A stretch of 64,000 nucleotides of DNA from Octopus vulgaris (lineage: Eukaryota), in the NCBI GenBank assembly GCA_951406725.2, contig OX597819.1, positions 97,526,001-97,590,000 of the forward strand. The letters are read 5' to 3'. The position numbers were made by a program, and so were the translations under genes. Shown here in pieces: positions 1 through 14,039 of this stretch. Below the pieces are notes generated by a model. The model made no database searches, was not told the origin of the DNA, and saw only the letters and a list, made by a program, of their open reading frames with translations. Positions within the stretch are counted from its first letter, which is position 1, and each line of letters starts with the position of its first letter.

Positions 1-23
1 CTAAACGATGATGATGACAATCT

Positions 24-406
24 TGGCTGTGTGGTAAGAAGTTTACTTTCCGACCCCATGGTTCTGAGTTCAGTCCCATTGTGCAGCACTTTGAGCACGC
101 ATCTTCTATTATAGCTCCAAGTTGACCAATGTCTTGTAGACAGAAACTAGAAGAAGCCCATCATATACATGTGTGTATCTTTGTATTTATCTTCACCATT
201 TGATATCTGGTGTTGGTTTGTTTACACCCCTATAACTTAGCAATTTAGCAAAAAAAAAAAAAAAAGAAAAGAAAAACAGATAGAATCAGTACCAGGTTTT
301 AAAAAATATAGGTTGATTTGTTGAACTAAATTTCAAGGTGATGCCTCAGCATATCACCAGCATGGACTGCAGGTCCATTGATTGAAACAAGCAAAAGATA
401 AAAAGA
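24..406 (+). mobile_element. tRNA-head SINE copy (degenerate)
   Basis: A-box-like GGCTGTGTGGTAAG and B-box-like GAGTTCAGTCCC, body related to 14365-14545 and 15830-15990, AAAAGA-type tail; boundaries approximate. Confidence 0.55.
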
Positions 407-1807
407 CTCTATTGTTTTAAGGAGTTTTTGGTATTAAGTTTTATCAGTATGATGTTTCGTTTTGGGATTTGGTTTGCAAGATTCTTTATATGAGTTCGTG
501 TGTTGAAACATATTCTGTTGTATCTGGGGAGAGTAATTTTCTTTTTGTGCCTTATGATTTAACACACTCACCGGTAAAATTTCCACTTATTTCTTATTTT
601 TATTTATTTATTTTTTTATTTTAAGAAATAAGTGGAAATTTTACCGGTGAGCGTGTTAAATCATAAGGCACAAAAAGAAAATGACTCTCCCCAGACACAA
701 CAGTATGATGTTATTTCAGGCAAATGTATCAATGATTTCACATATTTTCTCATGGTACTGATTAACTCACTCCTGTGTGCTGCTAGAAAACCCAAATGCT
801 ATGATATCTCAAAATGACTCACCTTAATCATCATATCTTTCTCAAGCTACACAGCTTCAAATCACTTCAAAATTCATGTTAATGTTGTTGATCAAATGTT
901 AATGATTTGAACGTTATTACAGGTATCTCTATTGAAACACATCTAAAATCTATGATGGACTTTATGGTTGCTATTGACTACAAAGATGGATTATTTTTGT
1001 TAATGGTTTATTGCACTGCTGATAACCATATGATAAATGTAGTGGTTTATCTCATTGCTGATAACATCTGAGATGGTGTTGCTGTTATGCATGCTGACAT
1101 CCTGGATTACATCAGGAGACAGACCACCCCATCACTAACAGACACTTTCCAGCATCTGGCCTCACAAGTGTGCTACTCCTCTCTCTGCCTTTTCTATTGC
1201 TATAATAATGGCCTTCGTTCCTTAGATTTGGCTGCTTTCGTACCCTGACCACTAAGGTACTCCTTTCCCACTCATCTCGCCACCCCTTGTGCACTTAACT
1301 ATTCCTTTCTCTGCACCCAATCACTACACCCAATACTTCTTTCCCAGAACATCAACCCTCTGGATTCTTTTCCCTGTTCATATCCTTCCTGCAGGCATTA
1401 ATCTACAACAGTTTAAACAGAACATTTAATGGCAGCAGTTTCTGCTTGTGAAAAAATGTTATATGATAACCATAGCAATTTATCTGTATGTTGCTAGTTA
1501 TATGATAGCCATCACAATTTTATTTCACTGCAATGAACTACATGAAAACCATAGTGCTCTATGATAGAAATGAATGTGGAAGGAAGTAGAGGAAGGGAAC
1601 AACCAAGAAAGATACAACTGAAGATGCCACACAAAGAAATGTGGACAAAAGGGTTTTGTAGTTAAGTTTGGGTAATAGGAACATAGGTAACAGTGATGTT
1701 ATTTGCATAAGATTGTATGTATATTTCATTGAGGTGTATACAGAAAGATTGTGTAGGTATGATTTAAAAAGAAAACCAAACAAAAGATTTGGAATTTATT
1801 ATTTAAC

Positions 1808-2190
1808 CATCATCATCGTTTAATGTCCGTTCTCCATGCTAGCATGGGTTGAACAGAAGGCTGCACCAGGCTCTAGTCTGATCTGGCAGTGTTTCTACAG
1901 CTGGATGCCCTTCCTAACGTCAACCACTCCGAGAGTGTAGTGGGTGCGTTTTACGTGCCACCGACACAGGTGCCAAGCGAGGCTGGCAACGGCCATGATC
2001 GGATTGGTATTTTTTACGTGCCACCGGCACCATCATCATCATCATCATCATCGTTTAACGTTCGCTTTACATGCTAGCATGGGTTGGACGATTTTGACTG
2101 AGGGCTGGCGAACCAGATGGCTGCACCAGGCTCCAATCTTGATCTGGCAGAGTTTCTACAACTGGATGCCCTTCCTAACGCCAACCAGGG
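1808..2190 (-). mobile_element. Two adjacent copies of a SINE-like repeat with (GAT)n tail
   Basis: Plus-strand motif catcatcgtttaa..ccatgctagcatgggttg..ctacagctggatgcccttcctaacg..caaccac recurs at 4411, 8991, 14576 and (opposite strand) 17085. Confidence 0.7.
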
Positions 2191-4410
2191 TAAATCCCAG
2201 CTGTTTCCTCTTGAAACACTTCTGCTAATTCCCTTATTACAATGCAATATGTGGTCACAGTTGCTGCTGTATGTCAGTCGAAATACATTAAAATTGAGAA
2301 TTATGGAAATATTATTTGCAGAGTTGTTGTATAATAAAACAGGAAAGTGGACAATCTCTTTGGTGTTATTCACTCTTCACTACACATGCTTTGCCTGCCA
2401 AAAGGAATTACAGTTTTACATGGTAGACAGACATTGAAGATTTTCAAATAAGAAGTTCCTTACATGTCTATCTAACATGTCAATACTTTTAATTCCCATT
2501 GGCAACCGAAACAAGTGCAATGGAAAACAAATAACATCAAAAAAAATGTCCACCTTCATATTTTATTTTGTTATATATATAAATTCATATCGCAACATAG
2601 TTTTACTTGCCAGCTAAGTCTTAAGTATTCTGCTTACAGAAAATGCAAATAATATACAGTCTTTTTAATCACCATGTTAGGGTGAAATAAATATTAGCAT
2701 TTTTAAAAATCTTTGGTCTAGAAGGAGCTGGGCCTATGACCTTTAAATGTCTTGTGAAACAAGTGAAGTTGATGCTGTTAATATTCTACCTAAAATATTT
2801 CAAGTTCATGACTGCAGGAAAGACATGTACTGGGAGCGAGTTAATGAGATCTTGTGTACTAGGGAGCAAGTGCTGGGTGTCATGATTGGTGTGGGATCTA
2901 TGAGGATTGGCTACAGTGTGGGTGATGAGAGAAGACAATCGTGAGTAAAAAGTACTTGACTGAACTAGCCAGTTCGGAAGTGGTCTTTGGAGTAGCAAGT
3001 TTTTAATGTGGTCTTTGGAGTAGCAAGTTTTTAATGTGGTCTTTCAAATAGCAAGATAAAAAGCAGATGGGGGAAACAGCACATCTCTGGACCAAAGGCT
3101 GAAACATGTTTGTGACTTCATGCTAATCTGTCAAGTAATTTTTTTCTTCTATTTAAATTCGTTTTGGTGGATATGTGGACTAGGATGCACCAACATTAAT
3201 CATCTCAGATATAGGAGTATCTACTGAAATAGTCAGCTGGGCTTTATAGAGGGTTAGTATTTGGTGGAGGAAGAAGTATCTTCTAACTCTGAAGAGAAAA
3301 AAAACCATTCCTTAAAATACAGTCATTGCTATGTAAAGGGTGTATGTTTACATGGAAAGATCCTGTATGATTGTGGACATCATTTGGAGTGATCACAAGG
3401 GCCCTGGTTGCATACTACTATTGTTGAAACAGGTGTGTAGTGTGGTTGTGTTTTCTTGGTATGTGCAGTGATTGTGGGGATTTTTACTGCAGAAGAAGAT
3501 AAGATGGGCTTGAACTTAGAGAATATTTTGAGATCTCTGTTCACTAGGTCATTGCAGATTTAGTGTGAGGTGTCTCACTTGTATGTGGATGGCATTTGTG
3601 TGCAGAAGGTTTGGGTGGAATGGAATGTCATATCATACATGAGTGTGGGCATTGTTGAAGGTGACTGCAAGTAGGGTCAATAATGTATGGGGAAAGTGTG
3701 TAGGGAAGAGGACCAAACCCTGGCTAACAAAGTGTAAGAGCTCCATCAAGTGTATGTTGCAGTTGTATGATCTGATCGAAAGCCACCAATCTGAGATATG
3801 ATAGACAGAGCCCATAGGCAGGCAGTTTTGACAGGAGATTTATTCCAAGTTGCTGATGTTGAGGGTAATGACACTGTTAGAAGTCATTGGCGAGTAACAT
3901 AAAATAGTTGCTCTCTAGTAAATTGGATTTTATAAAAGCTATACTGGCAGTCATTTTCTAATGACAGTTCAGTTTATTGTTGGTCAGGATCAATGGACAT
4001 GATTTATATTTTCAGTTCAGTAACAGGAGGAGCAACTATTTGTAGAAACAGGGAGTGGGCATTTGTAGCAATTCCATTGCTGCTACTTTATTAACCTCAG
4101 CTGAATGATAGTAGACCCTAGCTAAAATCAAACTCAAGAAGTAAATGGACAAAACTAAATGCAGGAAATGAATCCAGAACTCTAGTATTTCTCCCAACTC
4201 ATGCTTCTAACCGTCATCTTCAGTTATTAAATATTAATTTTTAACATTGACTTCATGGCATACGTATTAGGGAAATTCAGGATCGATTAAATCTATCGTA
4301 ACATTTGACTGTTATTTTGTCAGACTGAAAAGTATGGAAAGTGAATTCCACTTGCATGGCATTTGAACTTAGGATGTGAAGAGATCCAACTTAACAGCAA
4401 TTCTGCTATC

Positions 4411-4620
4411 TCATCATCATCATCATTTAGCATCCGCTTTCCATGCTATCATGGGTTGGATGGTTCAACTGGGGTCTGGGAAGCCAGAAGGCTGCGCCAG
4501 GCCCAGCCTGATCTGGCAGTGTTTCTACAGCTGGATACCCTTCCTAATGCCAACCACTCCGTGAGTGTAGTGGGTGCTTTTTACGTACCACCTGCACAGG
4601 TGCCAGACGAGGCTGGCATC
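4411..4620 (-). mobile_element. SINE-like repeat with (GAT)n tail
   Basis: Same family as 1808-2190. Confidence 0.7.
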
Positions 4621-4665
4621 TACGCTTCATAATTTAATGTTGACACACACACATACTAGGAAATA

Positions 4666-5943
4666 TTGGGTCATCCCATAAATGTGGTTTTTTAATACTT
4701 CTTTCATTTTTCAAAATTAAGATAAACAAAGTTCTTTTTTAATCTAAAATATACGCTCTTCCATTTTCTACAATGCTCTTCCATCTATCTGGTTGACTCA
4801 CAAAGCCCCTCTTCCAAAATTCACTTGTCCGTGACAAAAAATACTCCTCCAGTACTGTTCTGACCTCGTCTACAGAATTCATATTTTTTTCCATCCAAAT
4901 GATTTTGATGATTGCCAAATAAATGATAATCAGATAGGGTAATGTCCAGTGAATATAGTAGGTGGGGTATTGTTTCCCATTCAAACTGCTCCAGCCTTTG
5001 GAATGTCATCCTTGCTGTAAGTGGCCAAGCATTATCCTGATGGAAGAACACCTTTTGTCTTGAAACTAAAGATAGTTGTTTTTCTTCTAGTGCTAACTTA
5101 AGCCACTCAAGCTGCTGGCAGTAGATCTCCTTTGTTATCATTTAGTTTGGGTTTAAAAGTTCAAATTTGACTAAACTTTTCATATCCCACCAAACAAATA
5201 ACAGCACTTTACATGGGTGAAGACTTTCTTTAGCCTGGTGTGTCAGTGTTTCTCTTTTCCCTACCCACTGTCTTCAGCACATGACATTTTTATAGAGAAC
5301 CCATTTCTCGTCACCAGTCACTATTCAGTCCGAAAAAGCTTCATTTGTGGGACATGACAGCAAAGAAGAGCACACACTCACTCTCTGTGCATGATTAGAC
5401 TAGGAAAGTTTGTGGGGAACCTATTGACCCATTTTGTTGACTTTTCTGTTAGCACACAGGTGTTGGTGAATGACTGAATGACCAAATCTAAGCTTCTCTG
5501 CTAGTTCTTCAACAGTTATGATGGGATTTTGTTCCACCAGGGTTTGCAGGGCATCCTCATTGAGCTCTACAGATCTTCCAAGATGAAGCTTGTCTTCTAA
5601 ACTGTAGTTTCTGGCTTGGAAATTCTGGAACCACCGTTGACACTGGCTTACATTTATTGTCTGATCCCCATATATTGCATTAATATTCCTCGCACTTACC
5701 GCTACGTTGTTGCCTTTATTGAACTCATAAATAAAAATATGCCGAATATGCTCTTTTGTCACTTCCATTATAACTTTGAAAGAATAACTGTTAAAATCGA
5801 ACTGCTTTCTTCAAAACTTGCACTAAGAATAAGGTAAAATGAATGCCTGCTTTTATAGCAAGTTGATGCAGGTAGTTTATCCCGTCCTCATCTGACTTAG
5901 TTCATGCAATTGAAAAAATCGCATTAATTATGGGATGACCCAA
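4666..5943 (-). mobile_element. Full-length mariner transposon (inactive)
   Basis: TIRs TTGGGTCATCCCATAA / TTATGGGATGACCCAA, TA target duplication on both sides, 1278 bp. Confidence 0.93.
4739..5768 (-). pseudogene. Mariner DD34D-type transposase pseudogene
   Basis: Split ORFs carrying HIRHIFIYEF HTH start, HQDNA and YSLDITLSDYHLF (YSPDLAPSDYHLF-like), ENGRAYILD C-terminus; several frameshifts and stops. Confidence 0.9.
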
Positions 5944-6097
5944 TAGTATTTAACTTTGCAACTTCTCTGGTGATGCTGGTCTAAATATCCCAGTAATACA
6001 TTACAGATATCAGAAACACAGTTAATAGTTTATGCATGTAATGACACAAATACTGGTAATTTACTTCTTTAGATGCAAGAAGAATGATGGCAATGTT

Positions 6098-6305
6098 CTC
6101 TGGCAGAATCATTAGCACACTGGGCAAAATGTTTAGTGGCATTTCATCCATCCTTATGTTCTGAGTTCAAATTCTGACAAGGTCAACTTTGCCTTTCATC
6201 CTTTCAGAGTTGATAAAATAAGTGCCAGTTAAGCACTGGGATTGATGTATTTGACTTACCTCTACCCCAAAATTGCTCGCCTTGTGTCAAAATTTGTAAC
6301 CAATA
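6098..6305 (+). mobile_element. tRNA-derived SINE with Deu/Nin-like central motif
   Basis: CTGGCAGAAT head, GAGTTCAAATTC B-box, GCCTTTCATCCTTT..GATAAAATAAGT motif; relatives at 6835, 18890, 20905, 21448, 43065. Confidence 0.65.
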
Positions 6306-6834
6306 TGAAGATAGTCTTAATAATATATCAACGGAAAGTTTCTCTTCCTTATTCTTCTAATTTCATCTCTCTCTCTCTTTCTACTATCCAATGACTTTCT
6401 TTCCAATTTGTTTATCTTTAAGTGAATTTGTGATAACATATCTTATTAAAATACTATATATAACCAGGATTAGATATTTTGCCTTCACTGTATGTGCTGA
6501 AGTAGTAATTAATGGATCACTAAGTAATTAGGAACATTTAGATATTAAATATCATTGTTTAGATACTGAATAATTAAGAAATGACACGGAAAGCAAAATC
6601 AATAGGTACATTGTTGATTCATTAAAACACTAAGTGGAAATAAATATGCAGATCAATATTATTGAGGGAAGGTCAATATTATTGTAGCTTCTTCTGGCTT
6701 GTACAGGACACATATATTTTGGTCTTTACCACTTTATAGTGATTTTAGTTTCATATCGGAATACATAGTGTTTCTTATTCTGAGAAAGTCGGCTTATCTT
6801 ATCTTACCAATCTCTTTGACAATGCTGCAATATT

Positions 6835-7025
6835 GATTTCAAATTTTGGCAGGCCAGAAATTTCAGATTACATTGACCCCAGTGTTCAACTGGTACTTAT
6901 TTTATCGACTCCCAAAAGGATAAAAGGCAAGTTGACCTGGGCAGAATTTCATCTCGGAATATGAAGATGGATAAATTACTGCTAAGAATTTTACTCAGCA
7001 GGCTAACAATTCTGCCTGTTTGCCA
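6835..7025 (-). mobile_element. tRNA-derived SINE (same family as 6098)
   Basis: Reverse-complement similarity to 6098-6305 and 21448-21665. Confidence 0.6.
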
Positions 7026-7459
7026 CCTTTTATCTTACTGTAATATCAACATCACTTCCATCATCTCAAAAATAAAAGATATAGTTATAAATAAATTCTT
7101 CTTCACTCCTGCCTCCCCCACCTCCCAACACCATCACACCACACCACACACCACTACACCTTACACACCCATACTACACAACATACTGCAATGCACACAT
7201 CAGCACTGACCACTTCCCAGACCCACATTTTCACACCTACACATACACACATCAAGATCACCAGCCCTCTTCCACACACACATACAAACTCTCTTATACA
7301 CACGCACACGCACCTTCATTTTGAGATCACCACCACTTTATTATCTTCCCTTCTCCCTAGCTCTCCTGTGGGACCTTTCTGTCCAGGCCTTTGCCATGAT
7401 AGATCACTAGCCACTACACATTCTTTATTTTCTCTCCTTGTTTCTTTCTGTGTTCCTTT

Positions 7460-7487
7460 CTGTGGAAGAGCGTAGGCTCGAAATGTT
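7460..7487 (+). ncRNA. Degenerate minimal hammerhead-like motif in a Penelope-type repeat
   Basis: CTGTGGA-A-GAGC-GTAG-GCTC-GAAAT-GTT; surrounding repeat recurs at 29417-29590. Confidence 0.35.
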
Positions 7488-8990
7488 AAAGACTTTTTCA
7501 CTTCCCGAGCGTTATACTAATACATCTGTTTGTTGTCTACATCACCTGTCTTTGTCTTTTGTTTTTTTTTTGTGAAACCCCACTACAATTTCTATAGAAC
7601 CAGATTTTACAGATTCTTATTGTATCACTCATCATGATGTTTGATATAAGGTTTTGTATTTTATAATGGAAAAGAAGCTAATGCAATTGTATGTTTTAAG
7701 AAATATGTGGTGAGTCATCACTACATTGGCAAATACTATGAAGGATGTATTTTATTAATGAAGTCTTAATGCTGGCTTACTCTGTGCTTGACTAATAGAT
7801 AAATTAATATTTTGTTTATTGATTAATTAGTGATTCTCTGATTCTACTTCAGTATGTATGGTGAAATCTATGTAGATTTCATAGCAGAATAGACTCTGTA
7901 GAAATCTAATGAAGGTTCTGACTTTTGTAACAATAATCCACCTGTTATTGAAATAGTCACATACAGTGGGGACAAAAATGGGGTGATGACAGGCAGTATA
8001 GGAGAGGAAGGTGACGTTAGAGGGTACTGGGCAATCAAGACTCAGTGTAGTCATCTACACATAGGCCTTCAAGATAGGTTGAAGGGGTTGAGTGATGAGG
8101 GTGGTGGCAAGGAGAATGGAAAGTATATGGGTCTTGTACCAGTTAACTGCACAAAGGAGTGTCTGTGATGGAGAGTCAGACTAGGTGCAGTGGCATCCTT
8201 AGTTACCCTGGAAGCAATGTGAGCCACTCTCAGTTACGCTGAAGGCAAAATTCAGTGAGACCGAGAAGACAAAGAATTAAGAAGTGAGTGATTGAGGTAT
8301 GGGTGAAAGAATGCAATGTATGACGAAAGGAAGAGAGATCCACTGCTACCTTAGGTCACAACAACTTAGTGCAGTGAGATCGAGAAATGACTTATAGGGA
8401 CTTAGGCTCAGGAAGCAAGAAAGATAAAGTCATGGACAAAAGGGATCTGGGTAACAGTGGTGTGGGCAATATACAGATGAGTGATAGGCATGTGAGATAG
8501 AGGGATGAGCAACAAGGGTGGTGAGTAAGAATACAAGTGTTGGAGGATTGAGAGGCCATCAAAGAAGTCAGTGATGTAAATTTGATAATATGCAAATATA
8601 TATATATATATATGTATGTATATACATGCATGCATATGTGCACACACATGAATACATGTGCCTAGTGATACATGCCTTTATATAAGCTAATTTTAATATT
8701 CATTTTACCAGTCCTCCTTCCACACAGTAACTCAGTCCTTTACTATGAGATACAACAGCTTTAGATCTGTCTTTGTTACTTTGTTCCCCACAAAATACAA
8801 TATAAAATATGAAGAAAATATGTAATTTCTTAACTCACCAACTGTTTCAGGATGCCCAGTGTTATGTAATAATCATAATCATAATTTGCAGATGAAATGT
8901 GCAAAAAGACATGAGTATGTAACCAGTAACCAGTCACATGAAGATACTACAATAAGTCTGGCTCCCCTCATCAAGTGAACATAGGCAAAT

Positions 8991-9293
8991 ATCATCATCA
9001 TCATTTAGCATCCGCTTTCCATGCTAGCATGAGTTGGACGGTTCAACTGGGGTCTAGGAAGCCAGAAGGCTGCACCAGGCCCAGTCTGATCTGGCAATGT
9101 TTCTACGGCTGGATGCCCTTCCTAACGCCAACCACTCCGTGAGTGTAGTGGGTGCTTTTTACGTGCCACCGGCACAGGTGCCAGACGGGGCTGGCAAACA
9201 GCCACGGTTGGATGGTGCCTTTTACATGCTACCGGCACGGGGGCCTGGCGAGGCTGGCAACGGCCACGATCGGATGGTGCTTTTTATGTGCCA
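8991..9293 (-). mobile_element. SINE-like repeat with (GAT)n tail
   Basis: Same family as 1808-2190, with internal subrepeat. Confidence 0.7.
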
Positions 9294-9469
9294 TATTAAT
9301 ATAATATAGTTGATAAATATGATAATATTTTCCATGCTAAATGAATTATTCTTCCAATAGATGTGATTCTACAGAAGATATTTTGACCTTTAAGTCACGA
9401 AACAGTTTAGTTGTATGCTAATGTAAATGTTTTGTTAAATCTACATTTTTAACTACTCACTTATATCTT

Positions 9470-9492
9470 ATACTGTTTCTTTATTATTTCAG
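9470..9492 (+). promoter_or_regulatory. Putative splice acceptor for the ZNF coding exon
   Basis: Pyrimidine tract ctgtttctttattatttcAG about 470 bp upstream of the ATG. Confidence 0.4.
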
Positions 9493-9963
9493 AACATCAG
9501 ATGACATCAGATTTAAAGAATTTTTAACCTTAGGTACACTGTCATTAGTTATCATATTTTGAAGACTAATGGAAGAAACTACATGCAGCTGATAAAAGGT
9601 CTGTTTATAATAACTGTTAAGATTACAGTAAAATATTTCCTCTGAAATGAGACTAAAAGCATAATTTCTCTAATTCACTGCTGGGAATCTGTACGAGATG
9701 ATTTTACATTCCAATTAAACTTGGACATATTTACAAAGGTGTTTGAGGCATTTTCAGATACTGATGAAGATCATATTGATGGAAGTATGGCTGAAGAAAT
9801 ATTTGTTTGGAATAAACTATAACACAAATAAAAGACTGTAGCCATATGATATGGTTAAAGAAAAAAAACCATTGGGAAAATAAACTGTGTGAGAAATTTA
9901 AAAGGTTAACTTTTTTCATCTGAAGAGATAGGACATTCATTATAGTACTGTGATATTTCTGAA

Positions 9964-11523
9964 ATGTCTCTAAAAAGAAACCTAACTACTGGAGAGAAGC
10001 CATATCACCGTGATATCTGTGGTAAATCATTTTTGAATGGAAGTCACTTAATTAGACACAAACACATTGATACAAGTGAGAAACCATATCGTTGTGATAT
10101 TTGCAATAAATCATTTTCTAATGACAGGCATATAGCTAGACACAAATGCATTCATACTGGAGAGAAGCCACATCAATGTGATATCTGTGGTAAATCATTC
10201 TCACAGAGTGGTGACTTGATTATTCACAAACGCAGTCATACAGGAGAGAAACCATATCACTGCAATATCTGTGGTAAATCATTCTGCCATGGAAAAGCCT
10301 TAAATATTCACAAACACATTCATACTGGAGAGAAACTATATCATTGTGATGTTTGTAGTAAATCATTCTCTGAAAATGGTCACTTAACTAAACACAAACG
10401 TATTCATACTGGAGAGAAACCACATCATTGTGATATCTGTGGCAAATCTTTCTCTTTAAATGGCCACTTAACTAAACACAAATACATTCATACAGGAGAG
10501 AAACCATATCGTTGTGATATTTGTGGTAAATCATTCTCTCAAAATTATCACTTAACTGTACACAAGCGAATTCATACAGGAGAGAAACCATATCGTTGTG
10601 ATATCTGTGGTAAATTATTTTCGGATGGAAGTCACTTAATCAGACACAAACGCGTTCATACAGGAGAGAACCCATATCATTGTGATATTTGTGGTAAATC
10701 ATTTTCTGATGGAAGTCACTTAACTGCTCATATACGTATTCATACTGGAGAGAAGCCATATCATTGTGATATCTGTGATAAATCATTCTCTCAGAAAAGT
10801 AATCTCACTGTTCACAAACATATTCATACAGGAGACAAACCATATTATTGTGATATCTGTGGTAAATCTTTTTCTAGAAGTGGTGACTTAACTACTCACA
10901 AACACATTCATATGGGTGACAAGCCATATTGCTGTGACATCTGTGGTAATTCATTCTCTCAAAATTATCACTTAACTACACACAAACGAATTCATACAGG
11001 AGAGAAACCACATCACTGTAACACCTGTGGTAGGTCCTTCTCTCATAGAAATGCCTTAAATACTCACAAACGCATTCACACAGGAGAGAAACCATATCAG
11101 TGTGATATCTGTGGTAAGTCATTCCCTCATGCAAATACCTTACTTATTCACAAACAAATTCATATAGGAGAGAAGCCGTATCACTGTGATATATGTGGTA
11201 AAACTTTTACTTTCACTAGTGACTTAGAGAAACACAAATGCATTCATGATGGAAAAAAAACATATCATTGTGATATATGTGGTAAATTATTTTCGGATGG
11301 AAGTCATGTAGCTAGACACAAACGCATTCACACAGGGGAGAAACCATATCCCTGTGATATTTGTGGTAAGTCATTTTCCGTTAGTTGTAACCTAACTACT
11401 CACAAACGTATTCATACTGGAGAAAAGCCATATCATTGTGGTATCTGTGATAAATCATTCTCTCAGAAAAGTAATCTCGCCACTCACAAGCTCATTCATT
11501 TAGGAGAAAAACCATATCACTGA
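9964..11523 (+). CDS. Tandem C2H2 zinc-finger protein, 519 aa (17 intact fingers plus 1 degenerate N-terminal finger)
   Basis: 28-aa repeats CxxC-x12-HxxxH with TGEKP linkers; no effector domain visible in the ORF. Confidence 0.92.
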   Translation: MSLKRNLTTGEKPYHRDICGKSFLNGSHLIRHKHIDTSEKPYRCDICNKSFSNDRHIARHKCIHTGEKPHQCDICGKSFSQSGDLIIHKRSHTGEKPYHCNICGKSFCHGKALNIHKHIHTGEKLYHCDVCSKSFSENGHLTKHKRIHTGEKPHHCDICGKSFSLNGHLTKHKYIHTGEKPYRCDICGKSFSQNYHLTVHKRIHTGEKPYRCDICGKLFSDGSHLIRHKRVHTGENPYHCDICGKSFSDGSHLTAHIRIHTGEKPYHCDICDKSFSQKSNLTVHKHIHTGDKPYYCDICGKSFSRSGDLTTHKHIHMGDKPYCCDICGNSFSQNYHLTTHKRIHTGEKPHHCNTCGRSFSHRNALNTHKRIHTGEKPYQCDICGKSFPHANTLLIHKQIHIGEKPYHCDICGKTFTFTSDLEKHKCIHDGKKTYHCDICGKLFSDGSHVARHKRIHTGEKPYPCDICGKSFSVSCNLTTHKRIHTGEKPYHCGICDKSFSQKSNLATHKLIHLGEKPYH

Positions 11524-11945
11524 TATTTATGGTCTGTTGTACTCTTTAAATGGTAACTTAACTAAAACTACAATCATTCAGCAGGCGAGAAACCATATCA
11601 CTGTGATATTTCTTGGAAATAATTTCACAAAACCACTTTCATACAGGATTTACCACATGTCGCTGTGATCTGTAAATCATTCTCTGAAAGTTGCACCTTG
11701 GCTACTCGTAGACATTACTCTTGCAGGAGAGAAATCTTCCTACTATGATGTATGTGGTATGTCATTCTCATGGAAATAAAAATTTATTCATATTGGAGTG
11801 AATCCATAATCATTGTGATAAATCATTCTCTCAAAAAAGATAACTTCACCATTTACAAATGCATTCATGTAGGAGAGACACTATATAACTGTGATGTCTG
11901 TGGTAAATCATTTTCTCAAAATTGTATGTCAACTAAACATATGAC
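11524..11945 (+). pseudogene. Decayed C2H2 finger repeats downstream of the ZNF stop
   Basis: Remnants ggcgagaaaccatatcactgtgatatt, aaatcattctct and [21 protein letters not shown] with frameshifts. Confidence 0.8.
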
Positions 11946-12750
11946 AAAATTAACTATATCAATGTCTAAAGCCATTCCATTAAAAAAAAAATATCAGTTC
12001 GGCTAACAAGACCGATAGAATAAATACTAGGCTTACAAAGAATAAGTCCTGGGGTTGATTTGCTCGACTAAAGGCGGTGCTCCAGCATGGCCGCAGTCAA
12101 GTGGCTGAAGCAAGTAAAAGAATAAAAGAATATATATAACACTAAATGTGTGTCTTTCTTTTTTGTATTTGGTTTGCAAAATTTTTGATGTAAACTCATG
12201 TTTTGAAACAAATTTGGTTGTATCATAGACATTATGCCAACAATAAACCCAGCCCCCCCAGACCTTTCTGTGTCATTTGCAACCTTATCAATGACTTGCT
12301 CTCTCTCCTCCTGATCTAAAAGTGTTCATACAATAAAGAAGCTACAATAGTATGTGATAACAAACACACAACACTAGTGCAATAACACTGTGTTATTACA
12401 GAATTTTCATATTCTATCTAACTTTTCCAGAGGGGAAAATGATACTGTTGATTTATTTGACATTGTAGGTAAATAAATGAATAATGGAACATTATTATAA
12501 TTCTTATGTTACAAAGATATACACAAATCATAAAATGAAGTATTTCTTCATACCATAAGATGTGTATATGATGTCTAATAAAAATACATTCTTTCAATAT
12601 CTTATGTATATTCTGATGTGAAATTTAGATTTCCATCTTAGAGGATGATTCTAATGATGGTTTAAACTTATATTAAGTTTATCATTTTTTTACTTATAAC
12701 ATAACCAGATGAGCCTGAATATTCAGATTAATGTAACTAAACTGAATCTA

Positions 12751-14039
12751 CGAGGGACGTTCAATAAGTAATGCCTCTGACCCACTTGCAGTTGTTGGAT
12801 CTAGCTGAAATTTTGCATGTGCAATCATTTATATCTCTATAGAGTAAGTGGCAAATTACAGCTCTGAATTACTTGTGGTTTCTGATTTACAGGTGTTTGA
12901 ACCGAGTCAAGTGTGAAATGGAGCCTGTTGAGTGTTGAGCAGTGATCCGGTTTTTGTATTTGAAAGGACGCACACCACGGGAGACTTTTGATGAAATGAA
13001 AGTAACTTATGGTGATGATGCCCCATCATATGACCTTGTAAAACGCTGGCATCGTGAATTCAAACATGGTTGGAACTCTGTGGAAACAGCTCCCAGATCT
13101 GGTCGCCCCTTCTGCCATTAATGACGCATCTGTCCGTCAAGTTGAGGCTGCCATTTTGGAAGATCGACGCATAATTATTCGCCAAATAGCCCATAAGGTC
13201 AAGATTAGTACCGGATCTGTGGAAACTATCATTCATGACCATTTGCATATGCAAAAGGTGTCTGCCAGATGGATTCCCAGGTTGCTCACGCCTTTCCAGA
13301 AGCAAGAACGCGTCGAGTGCTCGAGGGTGAATTTGGAGATGTGCCAAGAAGATGAGTCAAAATTTTTCAAAAGACTGATTACACAGGATGAAACCTGGGT
13401 CCATCACGATGATCCAGAGACCAAAGCCCAGTCAATGCAGTGGAAGCACCGTGACTCACCCCCTCCAAAGAAGGCAAGGGTGCAGCCCTCCGCTGGCAAG
13501 GTCATGCTCACAGTCTTCTGGGACCAGGACGGAGTAGTGATGACAGATTTCCTGGCAAAGGGTACCACAATTGCAGGAGCCTATTATGCTTCACTTTTGA
13601 GGAAATTAAGAGAAGTTATCAAAATCAAGAGGTGGGGCAAGATCAGCAAAGACATCCTCCTCCTGCAGGACAACGCTCCGGTCCACAACTCGCTTGTCGC
13701 CAGATCAGAAGCACAGGCGTATGGCTATGAACTCCTCCCCCATCCTCCTACTTTCCTGACCTTGCACCCTCTGATTTTCACCTCTTCCCAGTCATGAAGT
13801 TGTTTTTGAAAGGAAAGCGTTTCCCAGATGATGCAGCCTTGATTTCTGAAGTCACGTTCAGGTTGGAGGACCAAGCTGGGGTCTTCTACAAAAACGGTCT
13901 CCAGAGCTGCATCAAACAATGGGAGAAATGCGTAACTCTGGTGGTTCCTATGTAGAAAAAGACTAATAACTGTGCCAAGTTTCGTTGCTCTACTGCTATG
14001 GGAAGTGGGTCAGGGGCATTACTTATTGAACGCCCCTCG
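12751..14039 (+). mobile_element. Full-length mariner transposon (inactive)
   Basis: 37-bp TIRs CGAGGG[A/G]CGTTCAATAAGTAATGCC[T/C]CTGACCCACTT (2 mismatches), TA duplication, 1289 bp. Confidence 0.95.
12918..13966 (+). pseudogene. Mariner transposase pseudogene (irritans-like motifs)
   Basis: ATG at 12918 with early TGA, RSGRP, WIPRLL, DETW, KVMLTVFWD, LQDNAPVH, then frameshifted PDLAPSDFHLF. Confidence 0.92.

Noticed and set aside
2760-3900. Possible old LINE relic (also 7950-8570)
   Set aside because: Purine-skewed and coding-like, but no motif could be read with confidence
13054-13797. Intact transposase or SETMAR-like gene
   Set aside because: Only the middle frame of a mariner with an upstream stop and frameshifts on both sides; no SET domain
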